From a virus, in IMG/VR virus record IMGVR_UViG_3300018915_000002: a stretch of 64,000 nucleotides of DNA; one strand, written 5' to 3'. The notes below the pieces were generated by a model. The model worked only from the letters and a program-made list of their open reading frames with translations. It was not told where the DNA came from and ran no database searches. Positions 63,514 through 64,000 of the stretch are shown here, piece after piece (positions within the stretch are counted from its first letter, which is position 1; every line of letters starts with the position of its first letter). A program made the position numbers and the translations under genes.

Positions 63514-64000
63514 ATGCAACTCACTTACAAATACAAGCTGAAGCCCACTAAGCCGCAAATAGCTACTTTCCAGACTTGGCTTGAACTATGTAGACGGCAG
63601 TATAACTTCAGACTAGGACAGCGCTTTAATTGGTACGAACAAACACGAACATCAATTAATGCTTGTCCTTTAAATGTAAGTATTGTTGCTATTGACGACA
63701 TCTACAAAAATATCCCCTTAGAAAAAGAGCTATCTAAGGGGAAAAGAAAGGGAGAGATGAAGTCCTTGATTAATCAAGGCTATGTGGATTGGGCAATCAT
63801 CCAGAAAGATGATTTAACTTCTACGAAGAAACTCTTCCCAGAATACAAAGCCCTGCATTCTCAAGTCTTACAAGATGTAGTCAAGCGAGTTGATTTCGCT
63901 TTTGACCGCTTCACTAAACCAGATAAAAATGGCAATCGAAGTGGAAAACCGAGGTTCAAAGGGAGGCACTATTACAGCAGCTTCACTTATCCTCAGCTTG
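63514..64000 (+). CDS. tnpB: TnpB, 5' part (runs off the window)
   Basis: MQLTYKYKLKPT...LELCRRQYNFRL...SQVLQDVVKRVDFAFDRF...GKPRFK. Confidence 0.85.
   Translation, partial: MQLTYKYKLKPTKPQIATFQTWLELCRRQYNFRLGQRFNWYEQTRTSINACPLNVSIVAIDDIYKNIPLEKELSKGKRKGEMKSLINQGYVDWAIIQKDDLTSTKKLFPEYKALHSQVLQDVVKRVDFAFDRFTKPDKNGNRSGKPRFKGRHYYSSFTYPQL

Larger units (their letters stand above)
62862..64000. mobile_element. IS605-type element (divergent tnpA and tnpB), truncated by the window end
   Basis: Left-end hairpin AAGCCCCGCACTCTAATCG...CGATTGAGTGTCGGGA; lower GC than flanks. Confidence 0.85.

Overview
This window looks like a 64-kb piece of a large temperate cyanophage or phage-plasmid from a HIP1-carrying cyanobacterium (GCGATCGC occurs roughly 80 times, counted by eye). 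Recognisable phage genes: lambda gpA-like terminase large subunit, a separate TerS-like gene, a gp5/GpV-like baseplate spike, two cell-wall hydrolases, a lambda-O-like initiator with iterons, and a Sak4/AAA_24 ATPase. Plasmid-like genes: a ParM-like actin ATPase and a degenerate Rep_1. Host-like accessory genes: class II RNR nrdJ, MazG, RNase HII, a C5 methyltransferase, an RpoD-type sigma factor, a WYL regulator, a HAD phosphatase, Ro60/Rsr, and an ethylene-receptor-type histidine kinase. There are three TnpB-carrying IS elements. The strongest unexplained signals are five. (1) A second highly iterated palindrome, CACGGA-NN-TCCGTG, has 28 exact and 3 near copies, sits mostly at gene 3' ends, and supplies the stop codon of three genes. 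(2) A Ro60 locus is preceded by a minimal Y RNA and by a tRNA whose anticodon stem carries a 54-nt, circularly permuted Y-RNA Ro-binding module. (3) The orphan ethylene-receptor-like kinase has intact copper-ligand residues. (4) The methyltransferase carries a nested second-frame gene. (5) About 17 small genes share an AAGCAAAA-N(1-5)-ATG leader, and many have an extended -10 promoter. All family assignments come from motifs recognised by eye; no database search was run.
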